The notes under the pieces were generated by a model. It did no database searches. It saw only the letters and a list, made by a program, of their open reading frames with translations, and was not told where the DNA came from. The position numbers and the translations under genes were made by a program. Shown here piece by piece: positions 10,085-21,189 of a DNA stretch of 64,000 nt. Position 1 is the first letter of the stretch. Each line of letters starts with the position of its first letter. Source of the stretch: Candidatus Poribacteria bacterium (GTDB taxonomy: Bacteria > Poribacteria > WGA-4E > WGA-3G); NCBI GenBank assembly GCA_963663765.2, contig CAXXUA010000015.1, positions 352,001 through 416,000 on the forward strand. Direction: 5' to 3'.

Positions 10085-11722
10085 ATGGTTAATAACAAGA
10101 ATCAACGTCTGTCCCTCGGATTAGATTCAAGTACGCAGAGTCTATCTGCAATCGTAATTGACATTGACACTGCAGAGAAGTGCTTTGAACTCTCTATTGA
10201 TTATCGCGCAGATGAGCGAACGAACTGCTTCGGTGTAGGAGAAGACTATATCTTACATTCCAAATCTGAGGGTGAAGCTGAACAACCACCATTAATGTAC
10301 CTTGCATCACTTGACGCAATTTTCTCAGATATGCAAATGGCTGGGATTGAATTAGAGAATATCGCTGTAATCAACACTTCAGGACAACAACATGGACATG
10401 TTTACCTGAATAAGAATGTATCCATCATTTTCTCTAACTTACAAAGACAAGAAAGTAGTACATTAGAATTAAAGACACTCTTAGCTGGAGTATTTTCGTA
10501 CTCTACTGCACCTATATGGATGACTGCTAATACTGTTTCGCAAGCAAATCATGTTCGTGAAGCAGTTGGTGGTAAGACAACGATGATTGAACTATCGGGA
10601 TCGGATGCACCGTTGAGATTCACTGGTGCAGTTATCCGTCGCGTTGCAGAGCAATATCCAGAAAAATATGATGCGACGGAAAGAATCCAACTCATCAGTA
10701 GTTTTATCCCGGCAGTGTTGTCAGCAAATCCTAATGTCCCAATAGATATTGGCAATGGTTGTGGCATGTCTCTGATGAATTATTCTGATAAGATTTGGGA
10801 TAAGGAATTGATTGGTGCAACAGCAGACGGTTTGCCTAATGGTTCTGAGGATTTACTAAAGAAATTACCGGAACTAAGTACACCCGACACAGTTGTTGGA
10901 AATATTGCTACATATTTTATAGAAAAATATGGGTTTTCTGAAGAATGTGCAATCATAGCAGGATCAGGGGATAATCCACAAGCAAAGGTGCCAATTGCAG
11001 GAGACCTTCTTAGTCTTGGAACAAGTTTTGTCAATATGGTTTCTACAGATGGAAAAACCCTTGACCCAGAAGGTTATGCGAATGCAATGTATGATGGTAT
11101 TGGTCGTCCGTTTATGTTTGGATGTCGTACGAATGGCGCGATGGTTTGGGATTCTGTCAGGAATATGTATGGACTATCTAAAGAGGAATATGAACCTGCT
11201 GAAGCAGTTTTAAGTGATGTTCCGCTTGGAAAGTATATGACATTTTGGCAGCCGAAAACAGAATCCTTCCCTGTCTCAGGAGTTTTTGATCTAACAAGAA
11301 CAACAGAACTACATACAGCGAATTTAGCGAACGATTATACTGGTGTGATTGAGACAAGTCTTGCTGCAGTCTATGTCTATTCCCAAGTATTCACACAACA
11401 GACACAAGAACCACTTTATGTAACTGGAGGTGCAACAGATAGTCTGCAAATTATGCGCCGTGTGGCAGGAATTTGGAATAGACCTGTTGTATCCGTAGAA
11501 AAAGGTGGTGCTGCACTTGGTGCTGCAGTGGCTGGTGCGAAAACGTATAGTAACCATATAGATGTACCATTTAATGTTGAAGAATTCAGTGCATCTGTTT
11601 TGAAACGTGGCGAACACATTCAACCTAAAGACCCTGATGTAGCAGCCTATCATGGAGATGGTAAGTATCTAATGAGATTTCGTCAAGAATATGAGCGCAT
11701 CATCAGTGATAACCCAGTGTAG
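10085..11722 (+). CDS. FGGY carbohydrate kinase, xylulokinase-like
   Basis: LGLDSSTQSL, SGQQHG, GSGDNP, LSLGTS, TGGA. Confidence 0.8.
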   Translation: MVNNKNQRLSLGLDSSTQSLSAIVIDIDTAEKCFELSIDYRADERTNCFGVGEDYILHSKSEGEAEQPPLMYLASLDAIFSDMQMAGIELENIAVINTSGQQHGHVYLNKNVSIIFSNLQRQESSTLELKTLLAGVFSYSTAPIWMTANTVSQANHVREAVGGKTTMIELSGSDAPLRFTGAVIRRVAEQYPEKYDATERIQLISSFIPAVLSANPNVPIDIGNGCGMSLMNYSDKIWDKELIGATADGLPNGSEDLLKKLPELSTPDTVVGNIATYFIEKYGFSEECAIIAGSGDNPQAKVPIAGDLLSLGTSFVNMVSTDGKTLDPEGYANAMYDGIGRPFMFGCRTNGAMVWDSVRNMYGLSKEEYEPAEAVLSDVPLGKYMTFWQPKTESFPVSGVFDLTRTTELHTANLANDYTGVIETSLAAVYVYSQVFTQQTQEPLYVTGGATDSLQIMRRVAGIWNRPVVSVEKGGAALGAAVAGAKTYSNHIDVPFNVEEFSASVLKRGEHIQPKDPDVAAYHGDGKYLMRFRQEYERIISDNPV

Positions 11723-11757
11723 CAGTGATGTAAATAAAAAATACTGTTTGAAACATT

Positions 11758-12252
11758 ATGAATAAAATTACACAAATTCTTGGTAAAGATAAGTTAACTC
11801 ACATTGATGATAAGGGTGACACTAAGATGGTTGACGTTGGTGGTAAACCACAGTCCTTACGTACAGCTATAGCTAAAGGACATGTGACTGCTCAACCTGA
11901 AACATTAGATCTCATCGCAGAACAACAGATGAAAAAAGGCAATGTATTAGAAGTTGCGCGTCTTGCAGGATTTATGGCAGCAAAGAGAACAAGTGACCTT
12001 ATTCCTTTGTGCCATCCACTAAATCTTACATCAATTCGGGTAGATGTATCCATAGACAATGAGAGAATAGAAATTGAAGCAGAGGTACAGACTATTGGAC
12101 GTACTGGTGTGGAGATGGAAGCTCTCACTGCTGTATCTGTTGCAGGTTTAACTGTATATGACATGTGTAAAGCTGTTGACAGAGAGATGTCAATATCTGA
12201 TATAAGATTGGTAAAGAAAACGGGTGGAACAAGCGGCGATTTCAGTTTGTAA
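11758..12252 (+). CDS. moaC: Cyclic pyranopterin monophosphate synthase
   Basis: MVDVGGK, LIPLCHPL, TGVEMEALTAVS, YDMCKAVD. Confidence 0.95.
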   Translation: MNKITQILGKDKLTHIDDKGDTKMVDVGGKPQSLRTAIAKGHVTAQPETLDLIAEQQMKKGNVLEVARLAGFMAAKRTSDLIPLCHPLNLTSIRVDVSIDNERIEIEAEVQTIGRTGVEMEALTAVSVAGLTVYDMCKAVDREMSISDIRLVKKTGGTSGDFSL

Positions 12253-12283
12253 TACTAATCTGAATCATACCACTAAAAGAGTT

Positions 12284-12312
12284 TTGTTAGTACCCAGAAA
12301 AAGTGTTATAAT
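12284..12312 (+). promoter_or_regulatory. Putative sigma-70 promoter
   Basis: TTGTTA-17 bp-TATAAT with an extended TGn, upstream of the 12367 ORF. Confidence 0.5.
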
Positions 12313-12366
12313 AGACTTATAGGTATATATTTAAAAGAAGAATACTGCATAAGTGGAGAAAGAAAA

Positions 12367-15273
12367 ATGCGTCGAATTATTATAGCGAGTATGGTTGTTT
12401 TTCTATTCGTCTGTACAACGACTTTCGCAACAGATTATGTTTTAATTATCGGAGGCGTGGCTGGTGAGAAATCCTATTATGACAAGTTTTGGAGTGCAAC
12501 TTCACGATTTCACGAATTACTTACACATCAGTACGGTTTTTCTGACGAACAAATTACATTTTTATTTGAAGATGAGGGGTCAACTCCTGGACTTGTCACG
12601 GGTCAAGCTAAACGCGAACCAATATTAGAATCCTTCGCGCAACTTGTAGAAAAGGTACAACCGACTGATAGATTCATTCTATTGATGATTGGGCATGCTA
12701 CAAGTTCATCAGAAGGTGTGAAGTTTAATTTGCCCGGTCGCGATATTACACAACAAGAATACACAGACAGTATCAATAAAATTTCAGCTAAGCAACAACT
12801 ACTGGTATTTGGTTTTCAATACAGTGCCAGGATTGTCAAAAGTATCAGTTCTGAGGGGCGTGTTATCATTACATCAAGTTCTGTTAAGGAAGGTCATGCA
12901 TCCCAAGCAAGTTTTGGTGACCTTTTTGTTGATGTATTCTCAGAACCAACCGCAGATGCAAACACCGACGGAGCAATTTCTCTCTTAGAGGCATATCTTT
13001 GGCTTCAATCACGTGTTGATCAATGGTATGAAGAAGATGGTTCAGTACAAGTGGAACATCCACATCTTGATGATAATGGAGACGGTCGAGCGTCGCGTAA
13101 GGACGTTGTAGAAACTGGTGAAGGGACACTTTCAGACAAAACTTTTTTGGGTAAACGTCTTACACCGCTGCCGCCATTAGAAGCAACTACTTCAGATAAC
13201 CAGCAAGAAGGATTGGAACAGACACCGGAGAACGGTAATGAGTTAGACGAAGTGTTACCTCCAAATTTGCATGAACAAGGTAAGATGAAAGGTAATACCT
13301 CTTTACCATATAATTTCATCAGTGAAGAAGACGAAGAAAACATAAATAAACGAATAGAAAACGCACCTTCATCTGCTGATTATCCAAAAAACGGCGCAGT
13401 TATATTATGGGAAGCGGAAGTATATAATGTAAATGAAGAGGGTAGACACATCTATTCCACGCGTCGTATTGTCAAAATCTTTAATGAAGATGGATATCAC
13501 TACGGTGAGATAAAAATCCCTTATGCTCAAGGAGGTGATGATGTTACTATTCATCACGCCTACACGCTGCAACCTGATGGCAAAAAAATTGAATTAGATA
13601 AGAATGAAATTGTACGCGGTATTACCCCAGCAGGTGCTGAAGCAGCGGGTCTTCTTGTCAATACACGTTTGATGTATTTTGAACTACCAGAAGTCTCAGA
13701 TGGGTGTATAATAGACTATGCTTATTCCGCAAAGAACTTCAGGGATGCCATGAAAGGTGAGTTTTTTCAACAGGTGTTTTTCCAAGTTGATGAACCTGTG
13801 AATTATTACCGACTTTCTACACATATACCTAAGAAAAAAGAACTTCTTTATCACGTTGATGGTCCAAAAATCAAACCGGCGATCACTGAAAACAGTTATA
13901 CGCGCACTTATTCTTTTGAGACGAAAGATGTGCCAGCATTACGTAGAGAACCATTGATGCCAGATGTATCGGACCTTGCTTATAGCATTAGTGTTTCTTC
14001 ACTAAAGTCTTGGGATCAATTGGTCACCTGGTATGCAACACTCATTCGTGAACAAGATAGAGTTACTGATGAAATAGAGCATAAAACAAAAGAAATATTA
14101 GTTGGTGCACTGACACGTGAAGAAAAGATTAAGCGATTATATGAATATGTTGCGACAAACATAAATTATGCTGGGGATGAACGAGGAATTTGGGGTATCA
14201 AACCGTATCCAGCTGCAAAAGTTTTGGAATTGGAATGGGGAGACTGTAAAGGAAAATCCACTCTACTTTCAACTATGCTTCGTGTTGCAGAGATTGATTC
14301 TTATCCAGTGCTTATCTCCGCAGGGAAGGCAAGTCAAATAGTTACTGACGTACCATCACTGTCCTATTTTAATCACATGATTCTCGCAGTAGATGGTGGA
14401 AAAAATAAAGATCTGATTTGGCTTGATCCAACTGCAAGTACTTATGCCTATGGTGATTTTCCTTCCGCGGACCAAAACAGATGGACGCTTATTGTCAATA
14501 CAGATGCAGACACAACTGAGGGTATAGTTGTTGATGCACAGAGTAGAAATAGTGAGGATAATCAGATACTGGATGGAGATACGGTCAAGAAACATCTCTA
14601 TGCATTACAAAAGAGTCCGTTACTTCCCGCTAATGCAAACATACGTAATACCTCAACAAAAGTCATAGTTAAAGAGGATTTGAGTGTTGAAGTAACACAT
14701 CAGTTGAAAGTTTCTGGCGATTTCAATGCCAGGTTACGTGCGCGATTAAACAATACCAGTCAACGTGAAGAACGAATTCATTTGTTACGCAATACATTGG
14801 AATTGGATGATCGCGCCAAAATAAAGCATGTTGAAATCTCTGATACACAGCAATTAGGTCCTGAATTAGAAATTAAAATTACATGGTCATGTAAGGATTA
14901 CTTGTATAGGATGGGCGACCAATATATTCTGGAGTTACCTGTTGCGAAACATCCGTATGCTGAATTATTGCAGGAAGAAGACCGTATCCATCCTGCAGTT
15001 ATAGGCAAGACACTCACTCTTGAGGATAATATCATTGTTGAAACAGAAGCACCATTTATCGTTATAATGGTTCCAGAAGAAAAGAAACTTCAAACTGATA
15101 TAGCGGACCTTCTCCTGCAATTTAAGAAATCTGGTCAGAATGCTGAAATGAAACAGATGGTTCGTTTCCATTCTCCCACTGTTAAACCCGAAAATGTTTC
15201 ACAACTCATAGATGTCGTCAGAATCGCTTCTAATCCGAGTACAAAACGTTTTATTCTAACAAAAAAGAATTAG
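12367..15273 (+). CDS. Secreted fusion of a caspase/C13-like N-terminal domain, DUF3857 and a transglutaminase-like domain
   Basis: Signal peptide; LIIGGVAGE...LLMIGH N-terminal domain; transglutaminase triad GDCKGK / FNHMIL / WLDPT. Confidence 0.7.
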   Translation: MRRIIIASMVVFLFVCTTTFATDYVLIIGGVAGEKSYYDKFWSATSRFHELLTHQYGFSDEQITFLFEDEGSTPGLVTGQAKREPILESFAQLVEKVQPTDRFILLMIGHATSSSEGVKFNLPGRDITQQEYTDSINKISAKQQLLVFGFQYSARIVKSISSEGRVIITSSSVKEGHASQASFGDLFVDVFSEPTADANTDGAISLLEAYLWLQSRVDQWYEEDGSVQVEHPHLDDNGDGRASRKDVVETGEGTLSDKTFLGKRLTPLPPLEATTSDNQQEGLEQTPENGNELDEVLPPNLHEQGKMKGNTSLPYNFISEEDEENINKRIENAPSSADYPKNGAVILWEAEVYNVNEEGRHIYSTRRIVKIFNEDGYHYGEIKIPYAQGGDDVTIHHAYTLQPDGKKIELDKNEIVRGITPAGAEAAGLLVNTRLMYFELPEVSDGCIIDYAYSAKNFRDAMKGEFFQQVFFQVDEPVNYYRLSTHIPKKKELLYHVDGPKIKPAITENSYTRTYSFETKDVPALRREPLMPDVSDLAYSISVSSLKSWDQLVTWYATLIREQDRVTDEIEHKTKEILVGALTREEKIKRLYEYVATNINYAGDERGIWGIKPYPAAKVLELEWGDCKGKSTLLSTMLRVAEIDSYPVLISAGKASQIVTDVPSLSYFNHMILAVDGGKNKDLIWLDPTASTYAYGDFPSADQNRWTLIVNTDADTTEGIVVDAQSRNSEDNQILDGDTVKKHLYALQKSPLLPANANIRNTSTKVIVKEDLSVEVTHQLKVSGDFNARLRARLNNTSQREERIHLLRNTLELDDRAKIKHVEISDTQQLGPELEIKITWSCKDYLYRMGDQYILELPVAKHPYAELLQEEDRIHPAVIGKTLTLEDNIIVETEAPFIVIMVPEEKKLQTDIADLLLQFKKSGQNAEMKQMVRFHSPTVKPENVSQLIDVVRIASNPSTKRFILTKKN

Positions 15274-15328
15274 TACAATTAGTCTATAATATTTACATTT
15301 CACTTATCAAGTAAAAAGGAGAGAGTAT

Positions 15329-16336
15329 ATGCCAGCCACCGAAGAAGTTAAAGCCATTGAAGAATTGATGGAAAGTCAAGAATTAATTGTTGCACAGTTG
15401 AGAAAAGTCATTATCGGTCAAGAAGAGGTGATCAATCAGATGTTGATGGCTCTCTTTGCTGGTGGTCATTGTCTGGTAGAAGGTGTTCCCGGTTTAGCAA
15501 AGACACTAATGATTAAAACACTTTCAGATATACTCAATCTTAAATTTAAACGAATCCAGTTTACACCAGATCTCATGCCTGCTGATATTATCGGTACTGA
15601 TGTGCTTGAGGAGGATCGCACTACGGGACATCGTACGATACGATTCATTCAGGGACCAATTTTCGCGAATATCCTACTTGCTGATGAAATTAATCGTACT
15701 CCGCCAAAAACACAAGCAGCCCTTTTGGAAGCAATGCAGGAACACCATGTTACAGCTGGTGGTACTCAGTATAAATTGACAGAACCATTCTTTGTACTAG
15801 CAACGCAAAATCCAATTGAACAAGAAGGTACATATCCTTTACCTGAAGCACAACTTGATCGCTTTATGTTTAAGATAGTAATTAATTATCCGACTGAAGC
15901 GGAAGAGGTAGATATTGTAGCTGCAACCACAGGTGCTGAAGAACCAGAATTAGAAACAGCTCTTTCTGGTGATGCTATTGTCGCACTGCATCGGATCGTA
16001 CGAAGAGTACCTGCTGCGGATAATGTTGTTCAATATGCAGTAAAACTTGCACGTGCAACACGTCCAAAGGATAAGGATTCCCCCGAATTTATTCAACAAT
16101 GGGTGCGTTGGGGGGCAGGTCCCCGTGCAGGTCAATATCTCATTTTAGGTGCAAAAGCAAGGGCTATTCTCAAAGGTCGTTATAACGCCTCAATTGAGGA
16201 TGTAAAAACCGTTGCACCAGCAGTACTAAGGCACCGTTTATTAACGAATTTCCACGCTGAAGCTGAGGGTGTTGATGCTGATGCGGTTGTTCAACAACTT
16301 ATAGAGACTGTTCAAGAACCTTCTGTCAGAATGTAA
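15329..16336 (+). CDS. MoxR-family AAA+ ATPase
   Basis: [56 protein letters not shown]. Confidence 0.93.
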   Translation: MPATEEVKAIEELMESQELIVAQLRKVIIGQEEVINQMLMALFAGGHCLVEGVPGLAKTLMIKTLSDILNLKFKRIQFTPDLMPADIIGTDVLEEDRTTGHRTIRFIQGPIFANILLADEINRTPPKTQAALLEAMQEHHVTAGGTQYKLTEPFFVLATQNPIEQEGTYPLPEAQLDRFMFKIVINYPTEAEEVDIVAATTGAEEPELETALSGDAIVALHRIVRRVPAADNVVQYAVKLARATRPKDKDSPEFIQQWVRWGAGPRAGQYLILGAKARAILKGRYNASIEDVKTVAPAVLRHRLLTNFHAEAEGVDADAVVQQLIETVQEPSVRM

Positions 16337-16422
16337 AGTGTCATATATAGTTGCCAACAAAATTGTATACTGATTGAGGTATTAATAGAGTTTTTAGTTC
16401 TTTTATATTGGTATGCAAAACT

Positions 16423-17097
16423 ATGAAAGTATCAGTCATAATTCCAGTCTTGAATGAAGAAGGTGCTATTGCAAAGGTTATTGACGACATACCTAAGACA
16501 TTAGTTCATGAAATAATTGTAGTTGATAACGGGTGTACTGACCAAACTGTTAAAATTGCACGAGAACATGGAGCGAAAATAGTAAAGGAACCACAAAAAG
16601 GCTACGGTAGTGCATGTTTAATGGGTATCAAGACAGTGGAATCATCCGACATCATTGTTTTCTTAGATGGTGATTATAGCGATGACCCAACACAGATGAA
16701 TAAGCTTATTGAGCCTATCAATGAAGGTTTCGCAGATTTTGTCATCGGTAAACGTGTTCCGTGTGAAAAAGGAGCGTTGTTACCACAAGCAGCTTTCGGA
16801 AACAGACTTGCAACCTACTTAATGAATATCTTATTCGGCACTCAATATTCTGATTTAGGTCCATTTCGTGCTATTCGATATGAAAAACTCTTTGCATTGA
16901 ATATGCAGGATAAAAACTACGGTTGGACGATTGAGATGCAAATCAAAGCTGCTAAAATGGGTTTAACTATACTTGAAGTGCCTGTCAGTTACCGGAAGCG
17001 AATTGGAACATCAAAGATTAGCGGTACTTTCATCGGAAGTATTCGTGCTGGAGTCAAAATATTGACTTCACTATTTAGGTATGGTATCTCAATCTAA
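16423..17097 (+). CDS. Glycosyltransferase family 2 (DPM synthase-like)
   Basis: VSVIIPVLNEE, VVDNGCTD, FLDGDYSD, DLGPFRAI. Confidence 0.88.
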   Translation: MKVSVIIPVLNEEGAIAKVIDDIPKTLVHEIIVVDNGCTDQTVKIAREHGAKIVKEPQKGYGSACLMGIKTVESSDIIVFLDGDYSDDPTQMNKLIEPINEGFADFVIGKRVPCEKGALLPQAAFGNRLATYLMNILFGTQYSDLGPFRAIRYEKLFALNMQDKNYGWTIEMQIKAAKMGLTILEVPVSYRKRIGTSKISGTFIGSIRAGVKILTSLFRYGISI

Positions 17098-17157
17098 TCC
17101 AATCAGTAAACTGGAGTTTAATTTGGAATGTTATGTAAACAACCAATTAGATAATAC

Positions 17158-18123
17158 ATGAAGGACTTTAGACACGAACGATATTGGTACATTAAAAGAC
17201 ATAATTTCTTGCATGCTCTCACTAAGGCAGATACTGATGCCTTAATAACAATTACAAAATTCAAAATACTAAAGCATGCTGAACATATTATTGAACAGGG
17301 TGTTTATCTGATTAAAGAAGGTAGGATAAAAATATCTGAACACATGTCAGATGTTAAAACTGTTAAGATAGAAGAACTATCTGAAAAGCCAGACAAAGAA
17401 GATAATGTACAGACCACAGAGGTACTGGCTAAAGGTGAGATTTTTGGCGTTATAGACGACGAAGATGTACACTCAGATAACAACTTAAAACCATACTTTT
17501 TAGCAGAGACTTTGACTGAAGTTTGCATAGGTATTATTTCTATTCGTGATTTTAAGTTTTTCCTTAAACGAAAACCACATTTGGTCTTACCACTTCAGAA
17601 TGGAATGAAATATTATAAAGAGTTCAGGAACTTTAATTTACATTTCATGGGAAAAAATAACTTCATCAATTGGAGTAATTCCATAGCTAAAAACACTTCA
17701 TTCAGTTTATTTAATGGAGAAAGTAGACATACCAACGCATTGAGTAATATTACCTTTAGAAGTGTATCCTCCCGACTGGCTCTGTTATTGCAGAATCTTG
17801 CACTTACACCCAATTCAAAAGGGAAAGTATTAACACATAGAGTAACAAAAAACCAGATAGCAAAACTTATTGGATGTTCAAACGAAACTGTTGAGAATTA
17901 TTTAAAAACTTTGAGAAATCATACAGTAATTGATTATCGAATGGGAAAGATACAAATTATAAATCAATGGATGTTAAAGAAGATTGCTGATGCAAGAATG
18001 AAGACTTTATTGCCACCTAAAGATTCTAATACTATTCAAGATTACGAATATGACTTGCAGGCAATGACAAATCTTCAAGAGGAAGTTAAGATTGAATCAA
18101 TCTCCGCTCATACATCACTATAA
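17158..18123 (+). CDS. Crp/Fnr-family transcriptional regulator (divergent)
   Basis: cNMP-like region (VYLIKEGRIKI...GEIFG) and C-terminal HTH (VSSRLALLL...TKNQIAKLIGCSNETV). Confidence 0.7.
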   Translation: MKDFRHERYWYIKRHNFLHALTKADTDALITITKFKILKHAEHIIEQGVYLIKEGRIKISEHMSDVKTVKIEELSEKPDKEDNVQTTEVLAKGEIFGVIDDEDVHSDNNLKPYFLAETLTEVCIGIISIRDFKFFLKRKPHLVLPLQNGMKYYKEFRNFNLHFMGKNNFINWSNSIAKNTSFSLFNGESRHTNALSNITFRSVSSRLALLLQNLALTPNSKGKVLTHRVTKNQIAKLIGCSNETVENYLKTLRNHTVIDYRMGKIQIINQWMLKKIADARMKTLLPPKDSNTIQDYEYDLQAMTNLQEEVKIESISAHTSL

Positions 18124-18167
18124 TATTGAATTTACATTAAAAATTAACGGAATATAGGTTTTTTAAT

Positions 18168-19544
18168 ATGAAGATTACCAATCCCTATCTTAAATATGAC
18201 CAACAGATGGTTGGTCATATTTACACAAGCAGCGAAGTCATGGATAATTTGACTGTATTGTGCGATGATTTTGGATCACGTTTTGCTGGTACACCTGAAG
18301 AATACAAGGCAGCAACTTTTATCGCTGAAACATTCAATAGGTATGGACTAAAGAATGTTAGATTAGAAGATTACCCCTATGCGGGATGGACACGTGGTAC
18401 TGCCTTGCTAAGAATAATTGAACCTATCCAACGAGATTTACATTGCATTTCACTACCATACTGTCCTTCTCAAAAAATCACTGCTGAACTCGTATCTGTA
18501 GGATTTGGAAGTCCAAATGAGTATAGTGAACTCGGTGAATACGCACATGGAAAACTGGTGATGGCAAAAAGTGCATCACTTCAGAATCTTGGTAGATGGG
18601 TACATCGAAAAGAAAAATATGAAAGAGCAGTACTCAGTGGTGCATTAGCTTTTATTTTTGTTAGTGAACACCCTGGAGTTGGACCAGAAACCGGAAGTTT
18701 ACAAAACAACAGACCTGCACCTATACCCGGAATATCTGTCTGCAAGGAAGATGGTGATTTTTTAAGTCGATGTGTAGATCGTTTTGGAAAAGTAAAAATG
18801 CAACTACATACTACGGACATTAACGAACCGCGTACTTCATGGAATGTAATAGCTGATTTACCCGGTAAGGAGAGTTCTGAAGAGATGATTATTTTGGGTT
18901 GTCATTACGATGGACATGACATCTCACAAGGTGCACACGATCCGGCTTCAGGTATGGTATCAGTAATAGAGGCAGCACGCGTCTTGTCAAAATATACAAA
19001 AGATATATTAAAGCGGTCCGTAAGATTTATTGCTTTTGGTACAGAAGAAATTGGACTTACAGGTTCCTTTCAGTATGTAGACAAATATGCAGACGAATTG
19101 GACAATATTCGGTTGATGTTGAATATGGATGCTGCAGGTGGCAAAAGCAGAAAAGGGATAGTTTTACATCATTGGAAGGGATTGGAATCCATGTTTTTGG
19201 ATTTCCAAAAACAGATGAACGCAGATATGCCTGTTGGTCAGAAGGTGCATTCCTATTCTGATCACTTTCCATTTTTCCTGAAAGGAGTACCCTCATGTCA
19301 CATGGGTGATCCTACATCTACTCCATCCGGACGTGGCTTTGGTCATACTGCCTATGATACGATAGAAAAGGTTGAGTTAGACAACCTTAGAAGAGCCAGT
19401 TCAATCGGAGCAAGGATTGCACTGCGATGTGCAAACTTAGATGGATTTAACGCGAAACGCCGTACTCAAGAAGAAATACAACACATAGTAGATACTGACG
19501 TGGGTTTAGAAGGATACCGAATCTCGTTGAAATTGAAAGCATAA
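18168..19544 (+). CDS. M28-family aminopeptidase with PA domain
   Basis: GCHYDGHD, GAHDPASG, GTEEIGL, NMD, SDHFPF. Confidence 0.85.
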   Translation: MKITNPYLKYDQQMVGHIYTSSEVMDNLTVLCDDFGSRFAGTPEEYKAATFIAETFNRYGLKNVRLEDYPYAGWTRGTALLRIIEPIQRDLHCISLPYCPSQKITAELVSVGFGSPNEYSELGEYAHGKLVMAKSASLQNLGRWVHRKEKYERAVLSGALAFIFVSEHPGVGPETGSLQNNRPAPIPGISVCKEDGDFLSRCVDRFGKVKMQLHTTDINEPRTSWNVIADLPGKESSEEMIILGCHYDGHDISQGAHDPASGMVSVIEAARVLSKYTKDILKRSVRFIAFGTEEIGLTGSFQYVDKYADELDNIRLMLNMDAAGGKSRKGIVLHHWKGLESMFLDFQKQMNADMPVGQKVHSYSDHFPFFLKGVPSCHMGDPTSTPSGRGFGHTAYDTIEKVELDNLRRASSIGARIALRCANLDGFNAKRRTQEEIQHIVDTDVGLEGYRISLKLKA

Positions 19545-19575
19545 ATGTCAATTTTAATTCAACGGTAAGAAGAAA

Positions 19576-21072
19576 ATGCAATTTTCAATAGAATCACTGT
19601 CAAAAAAAATAATATTATCTATACAAAATATGTCAGGTTCTTGTCGTACTTGTCTGAGTTTAATTCTACTTCTGCTTTCTATAGGTTTATCATATTTCAA
19701 TTTTGTGCCTTTGTCAAACGCACAGACAACGCAAAATATTCAACACGCTGTAACTCAATCAAGACGTACTGCGATTGTAACGGCAGTTGAACGTGCGAGT
19801 CCTTCTGTTGTCAACATAAGTGCAATTCGAAGTGTATCACAACAAACATCTTTTGACGAATGGTTTTGGAGAGAATTTTGGGGGGACGTGCCTTCATTTC
19901 CAAAACGTTCACTACGTGAAGTCGGTTCAGGAGTAATCATCAATAAGGATGGATATATCCTTACGAACCACCATGTAATTGAAAACGCGGAAAAGATAAA
20001 AGTTGCAGTCTCAGATGGAAGGGAATTCAATGCAAATATTGAAGGTTATGATTTCCTTTCTGATTTGGCATTGTTAAAGGTTGACACGAAGGAGGATTTA
20101 CCTGGAATAAAATGGGGTGATTCTGACGATTTGCTTATAGGAGAATGGGCACTTGCAATTGGAAATCCATTTGGTTTATCAATCGGAACTGCACAACCTA
20201 CTGTTACAATTGGTATTGTCAGTGCAACCCAGAGATCCCTCATTGTAGAACCACGTTTTTATGATGCACTTATTCAAACGGATGCGTCTGTTAATCCCGG
20301 AAATAGTGGCGGAGCTTTAGTTAATGCACTCGGTGAACTAATTGGAATCAATACTGTGATCCGTTCAACGAGTGGAGGATCACAAGGTGTTGGTTTTGCT
20401 ATCCCTGTTAACAAAGCAAAAAGAGTTCTTGAAAAAATTATACAACACGGTTGTATTGTCCCCCCTTTTCTTGGAGTTGAAATACAACCGATAACCAAAG
20501 AAATGTCAGAAAAACTCTTGGGAAAAGAGGAATCGCAAAAAACTATTCTTACACGAGGAGTTTTAGTATCAGAATTGGATAGAAACAGTCCTTTGAGTAA
20601 GGCAGGTATTAAAAGAGGAGATATAATACAAGCGATTTCGGGGCGTTTAATTAAAGATGTTACTGATTTTAAAGCGGTAGTTCGTTTGCTTCCAACAGAT
20701 ATAGCTATCAAATTTGATATTATACGACGTGGTCAGAAAAGAAGTACTTCTGTCAGACTCAGTAGATTGGAATGGGATTATATACCGCAAAGATGGGGAA
20801 TAACGTTAAGTCAACTGAAACATGATAATGACAACGCATATCGTCCAGGAGTTTCTATAACAAAAATCGATAAGGAAAGTGGGTTAGCCGATATACTCAA
20901 AAAAGGGGACATCATATATCAGATCAACGATATTACTATTCATACACTTGAGGTCTTTAAAATAGTTGACAGTAGGATTCATGCTCCCAGTAGAATTCGA
21001 CTATATTTTGAGAGAAATGGTGAAAAGAAATCTATACCTGTGACATTTAATAGAAACAATAGCAGAAGATAG
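19576..21072 (+). CDS. HtrA/DegP-like serine protease with PDZ domains
   Basis: GSGVII, LTNHHVI, DLALLK, IQTDASVNPGNSGGAL; two PDZ-like regions. Confidence 0.92.
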   Translation: MQFSIESLSKKIILSIQNMSGSCRTCLSLILLLLSIGLSYFNFVPLSNAQTTQNIQHAVTQSRRTAIVTAVERASPSVVNISAIRSVSQQTSFDEWFWREFWGDVPSFPKRSLREVGSGVIINKDGYILTNHHVIENAEKIKVAVSDGREFNANIEGYDFLSDLALLKVDTKEDLPGIKWGDSDDLLIGEWALAIGNPFGLSIGTAQPTVTIGIVSATQRSLIVEPRFYDALIQTDASVNPGNSGGALVNALGELIGINTVIRSTSGGSQGVGFAIPVNKAKRVLEKIIQHGCIVPPFLGVEIQPITKEMSEKLLGKEESQKTILTRGVLVSELDRNSPLSKAGIKRGDIIQAISGRLIKDVTDFKAVVRLLPTDIAIKFDIIRRGQKRSTSVRLSRLEWDYIPQRWGITLSQLKHDNDNAYRPGVSITKIDKESGLADILKKGDIIYQINDITIHTLEVFKIVDSRIHAPSRIRLYFERNGEKKSIPVTFNRNNSRR

Positions 21073-21189
21073 GTGTTTTTTTGATAATAAGCATATTTGT
21101 TTGTCTATAGACAAGAAAATTATGCTAAGATCAATTTTGTGAAATGTCACATAGATTTTACAAGTTTATTCTAAAAAACTGGAGAATGA

